Source: Paraphysomonas bandaiensis (Eukaryota; Protista; Chrysophyceae). From it: DNA of 64,000 nt. The stretch is from positions 75,714 to 139,713 of the forward strand of contig CBFFRP010000418.1 in the NCBI GenBank assembly GCA_965644295.1, read 5' to 3'. Shown in pieces: positions 12,145-24,530 of this stretch. Position 1 is the stretch's first letter. Each line of letters opens with the position of its first letter. Made by a program: the position numbers and the translations under genes. The notes under the pieces were generated by a model. It saw only the letters and a program-made list of their open reading frames with translations. It had not been told where the DNA came from and searched no databases.

Positions 12145-12483
12145 TGTATGTCTTATTATCAGTAATAGGCTTTTAAGAGTCAGAACTAATTTAGCATTGC
12201 AATTAAACGAACTAGTGCTTAACTCTAATATTCTACTATTTAGCGCTACGAAAGCTGCTTACATCTGATGACTTCAGGACTTTGAGTCCTTAAGGTAAAC
12301 AACCCGGATGCTTGACCTCAGCAGGCAGCCCAATACCCTGGGTACTCATGAGGTGGGCCCTGTCCCGGATGCCTGTTTATTCGTCAGGGCCCAAAGACGT
12401 CTACACAAGTGAGTTAATTTCCTGGAGAAATGTCTCCGGTACTTATCCCCCACAAGGCCACGAAAAGGTGCAAGTCCGACTTT
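12145..12483 (-). mobile_element. ~340-bp bipartite non-autonomous retroelement: ~200-bp head plus LINE 3' tail
   Basis: 12285-12483 is a diverged reverse-complement match to 53233-53518. 12145-12260 (...CTACTATTTAGCGCTACGAAAGCTGCTT) matches the LINE 3' UTR at 58870-59010. No TSD recognised. Confidence 0.7.
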
Positions 12484-13028
12484 ATTGAGAGTATTATGAA
12501 CGAGAAAGGAGAGTGTTACCTGACTTAGTGACTGATTCCTACAAATACTTTGCCCAATTTATACCATAATTTAATATCTTTTCATCTAGAATATCCTGTA
12601 CAGACAGTATATTTAGTGCAAATACGTTTTACTACCATTTCGTTGTTTTTTATATGTTAGGACACAGTAGTTATTGTACATCTTGTCACGTATTTCAACA
12701 CACATATTGACCCAATATTATTGTCACTTGGCACACATAAACAAAATTAAAGGTTAAGCATATCATATATTGTTTCGGGCTCTGTTTACATGAAATATGC
12801 AACGTCTAGTATAATTTTCTACCAGCACAGCGATGGTTTAATTCTAAGATGGCTGGAACACAATTGCTGTCTTAAAACGCCGTACACGGACACTGTGCTT
12901 TCCATTCGCAAAGACATTGGATTGATGATATAATAAATTAAAGTTACTGTACAAATTAGAAAACTGCATTACAGTTATGTGATAAATACAACATATGTAC
13001 CACTTAACCAACAAACATAGCCAAAAAT

Positions 13029-15374
13029 CTAGCAATGTAGACCTTTGCGCTTACCTAAAAGTTTCTTACGCAGAAGGATCTCGCGCAGCAGGCCAGCTTT
13101 CCGAACCCCATCAGAAACATTAGTAAGAATGCTTTCCAATTCTGTGTGTTCGTGTTGGATAGGTGGTCTCTGTGCAAGCTGAGATCGGAGGTGGCTAGAA
13201 TCGCTACAATGTCGCTCTTCAACTTCTTCCTCGCAATCATCACTTCCTCTCCAGGGAGGCAAACGCACCAACACACCATCTTCCGCAACAACCACTCCCT
13301 TTTCTAGTCCAGGAAGTGAGACAGGCATGTACGAGGTCTTTTTTATACCCCATCGACTTTTACGTCGCCGGCCTTTCGCCCGAAGCCGTGCCCGCTCTAC
13401 CATTAAACTAGTTCTATTTTCACTCAGGCGTCTCGCCCTCTCTATCATACGACTGCGTAGATCCTCGAGCTCCATTTGCTCACGCCCTGTTTCCAGGCGT
13501 TTCTCCCACGTTCTTAAGTTGGTAGCAAGTTTCTCCTCGACACACATGAGTTGGCACTCCACCGCACATACAGCCGCGTCTAGTTCCTTACAGCTTACTC
13601 TACAAGCGACAAGAAAAGCCCTTTCCTTATCCATATCGCCTATATCCTGCTTTGAAAGACGGGTGGGGTTCAACAGTTCTGCCGACAGCGCACATAGTCT
13701 GCTCAAACGGTACTCGGTGCTGTCAAGCGCAGACCTTAATAACGTAGCGTTCTGAGCCCCCCATCCAGTTCTTAAAAGTACCCTGACGTGCTCCATTGTA
13801 CGCTGTGTACCCAGCAGATGCATCACAAGGCCTTCTCCCACTGATTCGAGTACACTGCAAGCATAGGATAACTCCTCGCACTGAGAGGTGGCCAGACCCA
13901 TCGGCAAGTATATGCTGGACCCCTCCGACAAAGGGGATATATATTGCACGAGTCTTCCTCGAACCCATTCTTTAAGTTTCACCATGTAGTTATAAATAAC
14001 CTCAGCAGAGCCACCCAGATTTCCCACGTGTTCTGAGTATCTCTCAAGTTGTTTTTCTAGTACCTCCATTGTACGCACCAACAGCAAGCACGACTCGAGG
14101 AAGGGACGTACCTTCTGACACTCAGTGATAACCATTGTAGCACATGATACCACATCGCCATTTCTCGCTCTTACTCTTTCCATGCTGGCCCAAATACCTA
14201 CACTCTTTTTCACAGCCACATTGACGGCCGAGGACACAACACCGTCACCATCCATGGCATGGAGGTATTGCTCCATGGCCTTCTGCTCCTGGATGAAGCC
14301 TTCCGCCTTACTAATAGCCTTATCTTGTTCTATTCGTACTCTTTCTACTTCCCGTCTATTCCGGAGAGCAGCCAGTGACTCTTCGGCTTCACGTAAACTA
14401 TTAACTGCCAATGCCAGTTCTCTTCTTGCTTTCCGTACCTCGTTTAGGTGATGTGGATTCACTCCCGCCTTCTTCAGTACATCCCCAGCATACCTTCGCA
14501 CCTCCTCACCATCAATGCCATCAGATTCTACACTAAGTGATTTCTGTGCCTCCTTTCGAGCTGCTTCGGCCTCCACCTCCCACTGTTGCAGTTGGTCGGC
14601 CAGGACCCGTCGTTTTTCAGCTCGCTCTTTTCGTCTATGGCTGCGCAAGAATCCGTCACGGTCCAGTTCCACTCTAAGTGGTAGCATTCGTACCTCACCA
14701 GAAGAGGATGTTGGACACACAACCAGGGTGTAATACACCATGCCACTCTTCTCCACAGGTGCGGAATCTGCGCAGGCTAATACGGAGAGTGCCCTCATTA
14801 AATCCTCGAAGGAACGCAGCCGTATACAAACACTTGCTAGTAGTCCCATGTCGCGGTTTGGATCACAAACTACTTCCATTCTCTCTATCACATTTTCACC
14901 AGCAAGTCTTTCCACAGCGAGCCACAGGTCTTGTCCGTCGGATACCTCCACAGTCCCTTCCAATCCACAGGCACGCACAGGCACTCCATGCAGCCATATC
15001 GAGCGATTCTTTTGTGCATAACTCTTATCCTTCTCACTTATCATTGCAAGAGGGTGTATTGCGAGATGCATTCGCATCTGATTGCCGCCAATAACATGCA
15101 CTCTATGGCTCATATGGTTGCAGTGGTCTGCTAATCGTAACGCCTCATCGATCAGTCCAACGATCACCTCACATCCCTCATCTTTATGATCCAGAGCCAT
15201 TGCAGGGGTCACACCAGCACTCCTTGCAAGATCATATCCATATTTTCTTATATCCCAACTCGTGAGGCGTGTTTGAGTGTGTATGTTGGAAGGGAGGAGC
15301 AGCAGATCGATAGTTGGGAGATTATAGAGAGAGAAACACACACAGGAGTAGAGGGGGGCTTTGAGGGGAGTCAT
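13029..15374 (-). CDS. AKAP17A/XE7-like RRM plus coiled-coil protein (putative splicing regulator)
   Basis: 781-aa intronless ORF. The segments TSWDI, RSIWLHGVPV, SVCIRLRSFEDLMRALSVL and LRVELDRDGFL followed by an R/E-rich coil parallel AKAP17A (SNWEV, DTIHLEGLP, AYVQYREY..F..AM..L, IKVSFDSTKHL). Recognised from memory and divergent. Confidence 0.5.
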   Translation of the reverse strand: MTPLKAPLYSCVCFSLYNLPTIDLLLLPSNIHTQTRLTSWDIRKYGYDLARSAGVTPAMALDHKDEGCEVIVGLIDEALRLADHCNHMSHRVHVIGGNQMRMHLAIHPLAMISEKDKSYAQKNRSIWLHGVPVRACGLEGTVEVSDGQDLWLAVERLAGENVIERMEVVCDPNRDMGLLASVCIRLRSFEDLMRALSVLACADSAPVEKSGMVYYTLVVCPTSSSGEVRMLPLRVELDRDGFLRSHRRKERAEKRRVLADQLQQWEVEAEAARKEAQKSLSVESDGIDGEEVRRYAGDVLKKAGVNPHHLNEVRKARRELALAVNSLREAEESLAALRNRREVERVRIEQDKAISKAEGFIQEQKAMEQYLHAMDGDGVVSSAVNVAVKKSVGIWASMERVRARNGDVVSCATMVITECQKVRPFLESCLLLVRTMEVLEKQLERYSEHVGNLGGSAEVIYNYMVKLKEWVRGRLVQYISPLSEGSSIYLPMGLATSQCEELSYACSVLESVGEGLVMHLLGTQRTMEHVRVLLRTGWGAQNATLLRSALDSTEYRLSRLCALSAELLNPTRLSKQDIGDMDKERAFLVACRVSCKELDAAVCAVECQLMCVEEKLATNLRTWEKRLETGREQMELEDLRSRMIERARRLSENRTSLMVERARLRAKGRRRKSRWGIKKTSYMPVSLPGLEKGVVVAEDGVLVRLPPWRGSDDCEEEVEERHCSDSSHLRSQLAQRPPIQHEHTELESILTNVSDGVRKAGLLREILLRKKLLGKRKGLHC

Positions 15375-15843
15375 GGGGATAGGAGGAGCTAAGGGGGCAT
15401 GGGGGAGTGATGTAAATAACTATCAAATAGTTTAACCATGTAAGAATATGCGTGTATATATGTGTGTATATATGTGTGTGTATGTGTATATATGTACAGG
15501 AGGGGCATGTATAGTGTGATATGTACTGCTGTACGTGTGTAGAGGTAGAGAGGTACAGTACTGTAGAGAGGAGATCATCCATATTCTCAGAACACCCATT
15601 TCAACAATCCAGAAGTACCTGTTCGAAAAAAATATTTTTTGGGACTAAAAAACTCAATACGTTTGTACTATATGAGACTGTGACAAATATGTCACGTAAA
15701 ATAATTTTTGCATACAAAATTACACTCTGTTCATATAGAGTACTTCAGTACTCTGCTGCTGTACATGTACGTGTGTACTCCTAGAGTCTGATAGTGGGAT
15801 GAGGTGTCCATCATACCAGTGACTCATTCATCACTATTAAACC

Positions 15844-17786
15844 ATGTATAAACTAAACCATTCCCTCCTCTATCGCAAGTGGTTATGGATCACCACTGTG
15901 CTAGTGTTAGGCACCTCTCTGCTGTGTTTTATCCTGTACTTATCGATGGAATCTATTGATACAGAGGGTTCATATGAGGGGCCTGTTCATTGCAGTCATT
16001 CACATGCTAATGACCCTCATGTGGATTGTTTTAAGGGTAGAACATATGAATACTGTTCATTTGATGATCCCAGTGGACTGGAGGGTATGCGGGGTGTGTC
16101 TGATGAATGGATATTGCATCATGTTATTGTTAATGTGCGACACGGAGACAGAACCTCTCTGCACACTATAGGTAACACCTCACTCCCCTCATACCACATC
16201 TCATAGTGTATGGTATTTTGTTCAGATGGAGCTAAAGGAGAGACAAAGGATGGAGTGTATCGCGGCCGGGCTGGTGAGTGATACTGTGTGGTATGCCTAC
16301 GACAAGTTATTGTCTGTCTGCAGATGTACTGGACCTAAGAGAGGCGTATGGATTAAGTGATGTCCGTACGTATGAATTAAATCCATTAGATGGTGACGAG
16401 GATTTAAAACGTGTGAACCCACTCGAAACACTTCTTTCCATCCCCGATAGAGCCTTGGCTCAAGGGCAACTGACCTCACATGGATTCAAGCAGCTACTTA
16501 CCTTAGGAGCTCATCTACGGAGCGCTTACAAGCCTTTGGTAGATAAGGTTGCCCAGGATTTGAAGTCTTTACTAGCGGTACGCTCCACCAACTACGACAG
16601 AACTATTCAGGTAGATAGAAGTGCTATATACACGTGATTTTCTCAACGATTCGTTCAGAGCGCGGCAGGTCTGGTTGCGGGGATGTTTCCTGGTGTAAGT
16701 AGTATACTACACCTTTTCATTATTCGCTGACATTAGGTATTTATGACTAGAAAGAAGGCATTCCTATTGCCTATCATCCCGATGAGAAAAAAGAGGTTAT
16801 GCTTGGGAGCGTCAGACACGGCGATTCCCGAGGTATAGTGCTACACGAAAATGGGGAAGCTACAAATGTTGGATGCGAGAGAGCAAAGCTAGTAAATCAG
16901 AAAATGAAGGCATCTGTATGTGTTATCGCTGCATTTATATGTATTGCTCACGTATAGGTGTGATGGAATCAGGGATACCCTCCAGTGGGCCGAGAAGAGT
17001 ATGATGAGATTGTATCTTTATTTGGAGAGGAATCCATGGCTCAGGTGCGTTTAAATCATGCATTTGCTTTTGGCATTCCCACGTAATTTGCTTTTGTGGT
17101 ATACCATACAGTTTTCCACCACTGAGCGGATTACGGACGTCGTCGATGCTATATTGCCTCGATATTGCCATGGGGAGGCTTACCAGTGTGGAGATAAGGG
17201 TCAATGTGTAACGCACAAACTCCTAGAGAGTCTTATGGTATGTATCCCGGGTTTGGTGGTCTGAGAGTCAATTGTGTGTCAGGAGGATGCCGACAGAGCC
17301 TTCTGTGAGGCGTATACCAGCCCTGTAGGGGGACGAGAATTTACAATGCTAGATATGTTTCCTTTCATGAAGGAGGTACGAGGTGCTCTTCTAATGGCAT
17401 CCGAAACTGAAAAGGGTGGCATTCAAGTCTTTGCTGGGCACGATACTGTTATAGCACCAGTGTTATCTGCTCTTGGTGTGTATGGGCACCCTTCAATATG
17501 TGCGTGGCCTCCGTACGCAAGTAGAATAACCTTTGAGCTTTGGACACCATCATCACAGAGCAAGAGCAGGTGGTACATCAGATTGATGTACAATGGTAAG
17601 GATGTTACGGGTTTAGTACCATCGTGTCAGTCCCCTTTGTCAATCACCAACTCAGACAGGAAGACAGACAGAAAGAGTGAGCCTTACCTTCTCTGCCCGA
17701 TGTCTTTATTTTTTAAGCAAATAGATACAATGCTGCACCCTCACACATCTCTTACAGAAGCGTGCGAGGACAAGAAGTATTTCTAG
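15844..17786 (+). CDS. Histidine acid phosphatase (branch 2) with N-terminal membrane anchor, PXYLP1/ACP-like
   Basis: Catalytic RHGDRT, plus GQLT..G..QL..LG, VRSTNYDRTIQSA, proton-donor GHDT and PPYASRITFELW. Hydrophobic segment at aa 13-33. Several short introns. Confidence 0.88.
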
Positions 17787-18712
17787 ATCTCAAGGGTGTA
17801 TGTTTTACCACGTGCATTGGCAAGCAGCGACAGAATGATGTTTTATAGTATTATACGTTACAGTTATGTCTCTCTTGTTCATAAAGTTCTATATTTTGCG
17901 TGGAGCTATTATATGGTCATAAATTAATTTCGTTTTATCCTGAGGTGCAATATCTATGAAGTGAATAACATATCATCTAGAAATCTTACACATCTCTAAG
18001 TAGCACGCAATACGTCAAGTCGGTAGAGCAAAACTTATTACGTCATATTATTGTTAGAATTTACTCATAGTTGTCTTCAGTCAACTTATTGCTGAAATTT
18101 ACTCATGATTATCTTACGTAAAATTGATGATAGATTTCATGTTAGTGATCCAATGTATATCGTTGATATAGAAAGTAAAAGGGCATGAGCTCACGAGTGA
18201 TGCGTAAAAACACAAGTAGCTCTAAACGCGGAGGAGTCATACTCTTCAGCAAATCAGTCATAACAATCTTATCACTACTGAATAATCATTCAACCATACC
18301 GATAGCGATATGCAAATGATTCATGCTGCGGTATCAAGTTTGCTTGAAAACCAATTAATTGTTGCACAGTCCTGATGCTCTGATGCTCTGATGAAGATAC
18401 AACAAGCACAGTACATTGAAAGTAGTTTGGATTGAACAGATATCTTCAAGTCGTGCAATATGTAACTGTCATCTATATGCACAGCAGGACACATGCAGAT
18501 GCAGCACCAGAAGACAGGAGACTATAGAGGTGCTGCATCTGTTCCATCAGGAATTCGTTCAGAGTTATAACGAGAAGCAAGTGAGGAAAGAGAGAGACCA
18601 GAATCACATCTGCATGGATACCACACCACATCACACATCACCCTCTCCTCGGTATCACCAGCAGCAAGCCACCTGAGGCCAACAACCAATCAAAGGCCTG
18701 CATTCCGATCTG

Positions 18713-19538
18713 TGTATGTATGTATGTATGTATGTATGTATGTATGTATGTATGTATGTATGTATGTATGTATGTATGTATGTATGTATGTATGTATTTA
18801 TGTATGTATTTATGTATGTATGTATGTATGTATTTTTGTATGTATGTATGTATGTATGTATGTATGTATGTATGTATGTATGTATGTATGTATGTATGTA
18901 TGTATGTATGTATGTATGTATGTAGGTATGTATGTATGTAGGTATGTATGTATGTATGTATGTATGTATGTATGTATGTATGTATGTATGTATGTATGTA
19001 TGTATGTATGTATGTATGTATGTATGTATGTATGTATGTATGTATGTATGTATGTATGTATGTATGTATGTATGTATGTATGTATGTATGTATGTATGTA
19101 TGTATGTATGTATGTATGTATGTATGTATGTATGTATGTATGTATGTATGTATGTATGTATGTATGTATGTATGTATGTATGTATGTATGTATGTATGTA
19201 TGTATGTATGTATGTATGTATGTATGTATGTATGTATGTATGTATGTATGTATGTATGTATGTATGTATGTATGTATGTATGTATGTATGTATGTATGTA
19301 TGTATGTATGTATGTATGTATGTATGTATGTATGTATGTATGTATGTATGTATGTATGTATGTATGTATGTATGTATGTATGTATGTATGTATGTATGTA
19401 TGTATGTATGTATGTATGTATGTATGTATGTATGTATGTATGTATGTATGTATGTATGTATGTATGTATGTATGTATGTATGTATGTATGTATGTATGTA
19501 TGTATGTATGTATGTATGTATGTATGTATGTATGTATG
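18713..19538. repeat. (TATG)n microsatellite, ~825 bp
   Basis: About 205 units. The only interruptions (TATT, TTTT, TAGG) cluster at about 18797-18942. Confidence 0.98.
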
Positions 19539-19667
19539 GGTATATCAGTACGGGGTGGAGTGTTGTATGGCTAGTGTGGGTAGTGTGTGTGGTTACTTAT
19601 ATTAAGTGTAGTTTTTGGAGTTATTTCAATAGCTGTCTCTTCATATTCTTCCTTCTCTGTATCTCTA

Positions 19668-20435
19668 ATGGCTCACGCAATTCTCTTCGAAGACATCTTC
19701 GACATCAAGCAGCTCAATGCAGACGGAAAGAAATTCGAGAGAGGTTCGTATGTGTGTATATATGTGTGTATAGCCATGTGTGTGTATAGCTGTGTGTGTA
19801 TGTGCCTCTCACTGTGTTTTTTCTTCAGTAAACAGACTCCACTGCAAAGGAACGACTTATGATGTTGATTTGGTAGTTGGTGGGTGGATTGTGTTGGTGT
19901 GTGTGCCTGATAATGCTCTGTATGTCTGTGGAATTAGATGTCAACGCGGAGCTATTCGCAGTGAGAGCGGGAGAGCGCGTTACTGTGGCTGTTGCAAGGT
20001 TTTGATGTGATTGTGGCGAGTTTGTACACTGATGGAGTGTGTTTGCAGCACTCTTGCTATGGACGGTACACCAGATGATGGCCAGTACAACCCTTACCCA
20101 GGGGTACAACATTAACTTTGTTCAATTATATTTTAATCACTACTCCGTAGCCCTCTCTTCTTGACTCTTATGACTACGCGATGCATGGCCGTGTATTTAA
20201 CATAAAGCACAGTGGACAGCAGCACCAGAATGTAGAAGTATCTGCCTCCTTCGGTGGACTTCTGTTTAAGTTAGATGGAGAGCAGGCGCAGCTCAGCGCC
20301 ATTGAGGCGGACATGAGGTTAGCACCTGACTGGTTAATTATTTCTTTTGTTTAATGTGTATATCGAAGGGTATTTCTTTTAATGCGCAGGGGGGGTCTGG
20401 ACAGCTTTAGCGGCGGAAGCGCTATGGAAATGTAG
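19668..20435 (+). CDS. RPB8: RNA polymerase I/II/III shared subunit RPABC3
   Basis: Spliced product [29 protein letters not shown]...DVNAELF...YDYAMHGRVF...SASFGGLLFKLDG. Six exons with short GT-AG introns. Confidence 0.95.
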
Positions 20436-21795
20436 GGAGTTGTAGTTGTTAGATATTAACATTCTAATGTGGCGATATATCATGAAAAGATGATAACAAA
20501 ATAATAATTATTAAACCTTATTATGTAGTGGGACATGTTGAATATTTACCATATTATGTAGTAGTATGAAATAAGCATATATATACATTGCGACTCCATG
20601 GTGACAAAACTTCATTATGAATGAAGTCGACTACATTACGCTGCCCTGGCTAAACTATAGTGGCATGGTTTCGAATGTAGTGTTGAGTTTAGCTTATTTC
20701 TAAGTAATTAAAATTTGTATTATAAGATATTCGAATTATGACCGTTAGTTCAACAATACATTACTTGAAAACTGTAGTACATGAATCAATGATATGATAT
20801 GAATTATGTTAGAGAAACTGAAATAATCTGACTGTATAAGATCGTGTCTTTCTAAGATCCGATAGTATTGATTTGTAGATTGGAGATAATATAATTTATC
20901 GAATATCAATGAATGACAAGACATAATATTAATCATTGATTGTTGTGTGCGTTCAAGTTCAGTTACTTAAGTTAAGGTGAGTTCAACTTAAGTTAATAAG
21001 TAGCAAGGTGTAAAGATAGTACGGAGGGAGAAACTAAAAAGCTGGATTTTGTATCTGATTTATATTGAAGCGTAAAAACTGAAAATCATCTATATAGCCC
21101 TTTGCTGAGAAATGAAACTAGTCCTTTGCAGATACCTCTCACAGCTCAATTGAGAATTGTAAATATCACAGCGAATAGTGTAGCGTTGGATTGAAAGAGG
21201 AACGACATGATAGTAAGAATGTGCGCTACTGCTAGAGTAATGACACCTATGTGAATAACAAACAGAATATGTCGCACTTCAGAACCAATGCAACTGAACT
21301 CTACCTGCTGCGAGCATATATATACCGAACCTGACATAGTTCACATTGCAAGGCTACAGATACCTCTACCATCTCTACAGAAAGATCTCGCTTTTCTTGT
21401 GCCTTTTACTTGCGAAAAGGTGATGTAGCTTAATCACTATCATAGTCTATAGCGCACAACCTCTAAAAAATTGCTTGTTGCTATTGCTTATAGGTAATAT
21501 CACCGAGCGTACCACTCAGAAATATCCTCTTTAAAACGTAGTTTTATACAATTCACTACTGGCAATATAATTAGACTATATTTTAGCTAAAATATATGGG
21601 ATCAAATATTTGTTGCGGCATATATTCCTTAGTGGAAAATACATGATTAATTTACCCCTTTCATTAAATTAAAAGCATTAAATATATTGTCATCACAACA
21701 CCAAGCAGTACAAAAGCAGGTAATAGATACCTATTGTATCATGGTGAGGGTAAGAAACTTTTATATTGAAAGTTTCAAATTAGAGTCAAAAATGA

Positions 21796-23660
21796 CTATG
21801 GCATTTGAGAAAGTGCTAGCTGCACGCGAGCAAACAGTGGAGGAATCGTGTTTCCCAAAGGAGGCCCAGCATTGAATGGTACCACATCGCCACCCATTTG
21901 GCAATCCTGAGTACTTGCAGGTGAAGTATCATCCGGTGTCCAACAGCCAAATTGATTGGGAGTATCTCCAATGACAATGCGGGGAATGGGTGCAGTGTCA
22001 ATTGAGTTCGGAAGCCCGCCACTGACTGTATCATCCAAAAGTGACAAACCTAGTGCCCTGGCTCCCACAGCTGTCGTGTCAGAGCTACCAGCCAAATTGT
22101 TGGTTTCATACGGATCCGATGTCAAATCGAATAGATGAGCACCCAAGCCTGGTTGACTGACCGGCTCGAGCCCAAAATAAAAGGCAGCCGCACTTGGAAA
22201 GTCTGTATACTTCCATAGCTTGTTTTCATAGGTGAACACAACACCTCCGCTTGGGCGTCCGGTGTTTGGAGGAGGAAAGGGAGCGCCCATGACAGTACCG
22301 GAAACACCAAGAGGAACATTGTCTCGAGAAAACTTATCATTGAGTTTTTTAGCTTCTTTGTGTAAAATAGCTTTCCCATCGCTCTGTTCTATCACAGATT
22401 TATGCGCACCTAGTTTTAAACACGGTATCTAAGCCAGCATCAAACAGTGCAAATAATGGGTATCTCACCTGCAATTTCTGCGATCGTCGCAAATAAGTCA
22501 GTGACATGCAAAAGGCCGTCATAAGAGGTTCCTTTCAGCTTGTGTGACTTGGACACCACTGATCCACTGATGAACGCTGGTACACGAACCCCACCCTCCA
22601 AGAATGATCCCTTTTGACCGCGTAATCCGCCATTCTTCGACCCAAAGTTGCGTACGCCTCCATTATCGGACACGTACACAATTAGTGTATCATCCAACAT
22701 ACTCTTACTGTCCAATGCAGATAAGACATCACTGACCATGTCATCAACACCTGCCATCATCATGCATAAAAGTTGACGGCTATTAAACGGAAGGTTCGGA
22801 GGGAATTGTGTAACTCCTGCGCATCGAGCAGCGTGATTCGTGGAGATGTTTGGCTGCAGTGGCGAGTGAGGTGCTGTAGGAGCAAGATACATAAACAATG
22901 GTTGCGAGGGGTTGTGGGAAGCGATTTCGCTGACAGCCCTGTCCGCCAACACAGTTGTGTAATGCTTTCCAGAGCCTTGCAATGATACATCCGGAACACC
23001 ATTAGAGCTCAAATCGTATCCATTCACGAAGTAACAATTCGTACCCCATGAACTTGGAAACATATCTGGTGTGACTGGGTTGGCACTATTGCACCCCAAG
23101 CCAATGTCATACTCATAGTAGTCCGAAGCACCTACGAACAGCTAAAACAAAAAATCATAGGTAATATTCACTGACGTACCGTGCATGTTGCCATACCATA
23201 TATCAAATCCACGTGAAGAAGGGAGATTATTTACACTCCCTGAACCCAGGTGCCATTTACCAATACCTATGGTACGATAACCTTCCTCACGAAGTATCTC
23301 AGGAAGAAGTGTGAAGTCAGTAGAGAGTTGTCGAGCTTCACCCGGCAGGAGAGCACCATCTTGTAGTCCGACTTTGTTGGCATACTTACCAGTCAGCAAA
23401 CACGCTCTTGTGGGGGAGCATGTCGTCTGAGCGTACATACGTGTCAGTGTGAGCCCCTCACTTGCAAGAGAGTCAAGTGTAGGGGTAGCAAGAGCAAACT
23501 CCGGGTCATTGTAGCCGATATCGTCCAGGCCCTGGTCGTCAGTTAACACTAACAGAATGTGCTTCGCTGAGGCTCTCTTGAGACCGCGAAGTGCCTCTGT
23601 GTGACTGTGTGTTTCCCATATAAGAGAGAGGAGAGACAGAGTGAGCACTGAGAAGCGCAT
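21796..23660 (-). CDS. Secreted formylglycine-dependent arylsulfatase (ARSB-like, family S1)
   Basis: Signal peptide, LVLTDDQG, CSPTRACLLTG, GKWHLG, APHSPLQ, SDNGG and KGSFLEGGVRVP. Introns at 23179..23132 and 22468..22429. Confidence 0.93.
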
Positions 23661-24530
23661 CTGTATGTATATGGATGTATGTATATGTGTGTATGTATAG
23701 ATATGACACTGACTCTTGTCTCATATCTTCTCTATGATACATACACTACACTGCACTACACTAAGATACATACACTACACTAAGATACATACACTACACT
23801 GCACTAAGATACCTTCAACACAATGAACTCAATTTCATCGCATGTCATTGTATCGAATGGATGATATGTTGAGTTCCAGCTCCCTCCTGGCCCAACAAAG
23901 TCCCTGAGGTCCCTGCCCCCCACAAGGCTTGCAGGAATCCGTAGAGGCTAAGGCACCTTGGAGGGGCAGGTGGGAGCTGACATCACAATACATCGTAATA
24001 CATCATAATACAGCTGTACATTGTAGTGGAGGATATGTCGATCCATTAAAAAAAACGACCTTTTGTGGTTATTTCTCTGAAATATATTCCTCAAAAAACA
24101 TCATGCATCAAAAAAGCCTGGATTTTTTTGCTGGATCGACATATTCAGCTGGAGATGTTTTAAGATTTGCTCCTTTTGATATCTAAAATATCGAAAATTT
24201 GCTTAAAAGGGCGGTATTTAGGGTCCAATGAGTTGAAAATCATACGATATTATTGGGATAAACACCGTATGCGATTATGAAACGGATTGTGGGAGTGAGA
24301 TTAAAGTATAGAAAAACACGCATGTGTTGATGGGGATTCAGACGCAGACGACTGCTGTATGTATAATACAGACGTCTACAGGCTGCTGCTGTATATGCAT
24401 ATATGGTATGAGGGTTGGCGATTAATGGACATACCTCTACACAACACTTGCTACTAGGACTATACATACACCACAGTCATATTCCCCACTCACTGTGCAT
24501 CTCTATCCCACATCTCTCTCTATCTGTCTG

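Noticed and set aside
12265-12300. Hammerhead ribozyme (CTGATGA + hairpin; CTGACGA on the other strand)
   Set aside because: There is no correctly placed GAAA or stems I/III, and the core is not conserved in the second copy at 53.4 kb.
18712-19789. MYVC / YIHT repeat ORFs (also at 27364-27919 and 50999-51364)
   Set aside because: Artefacts of stop-free (TATG)n microsatellites.
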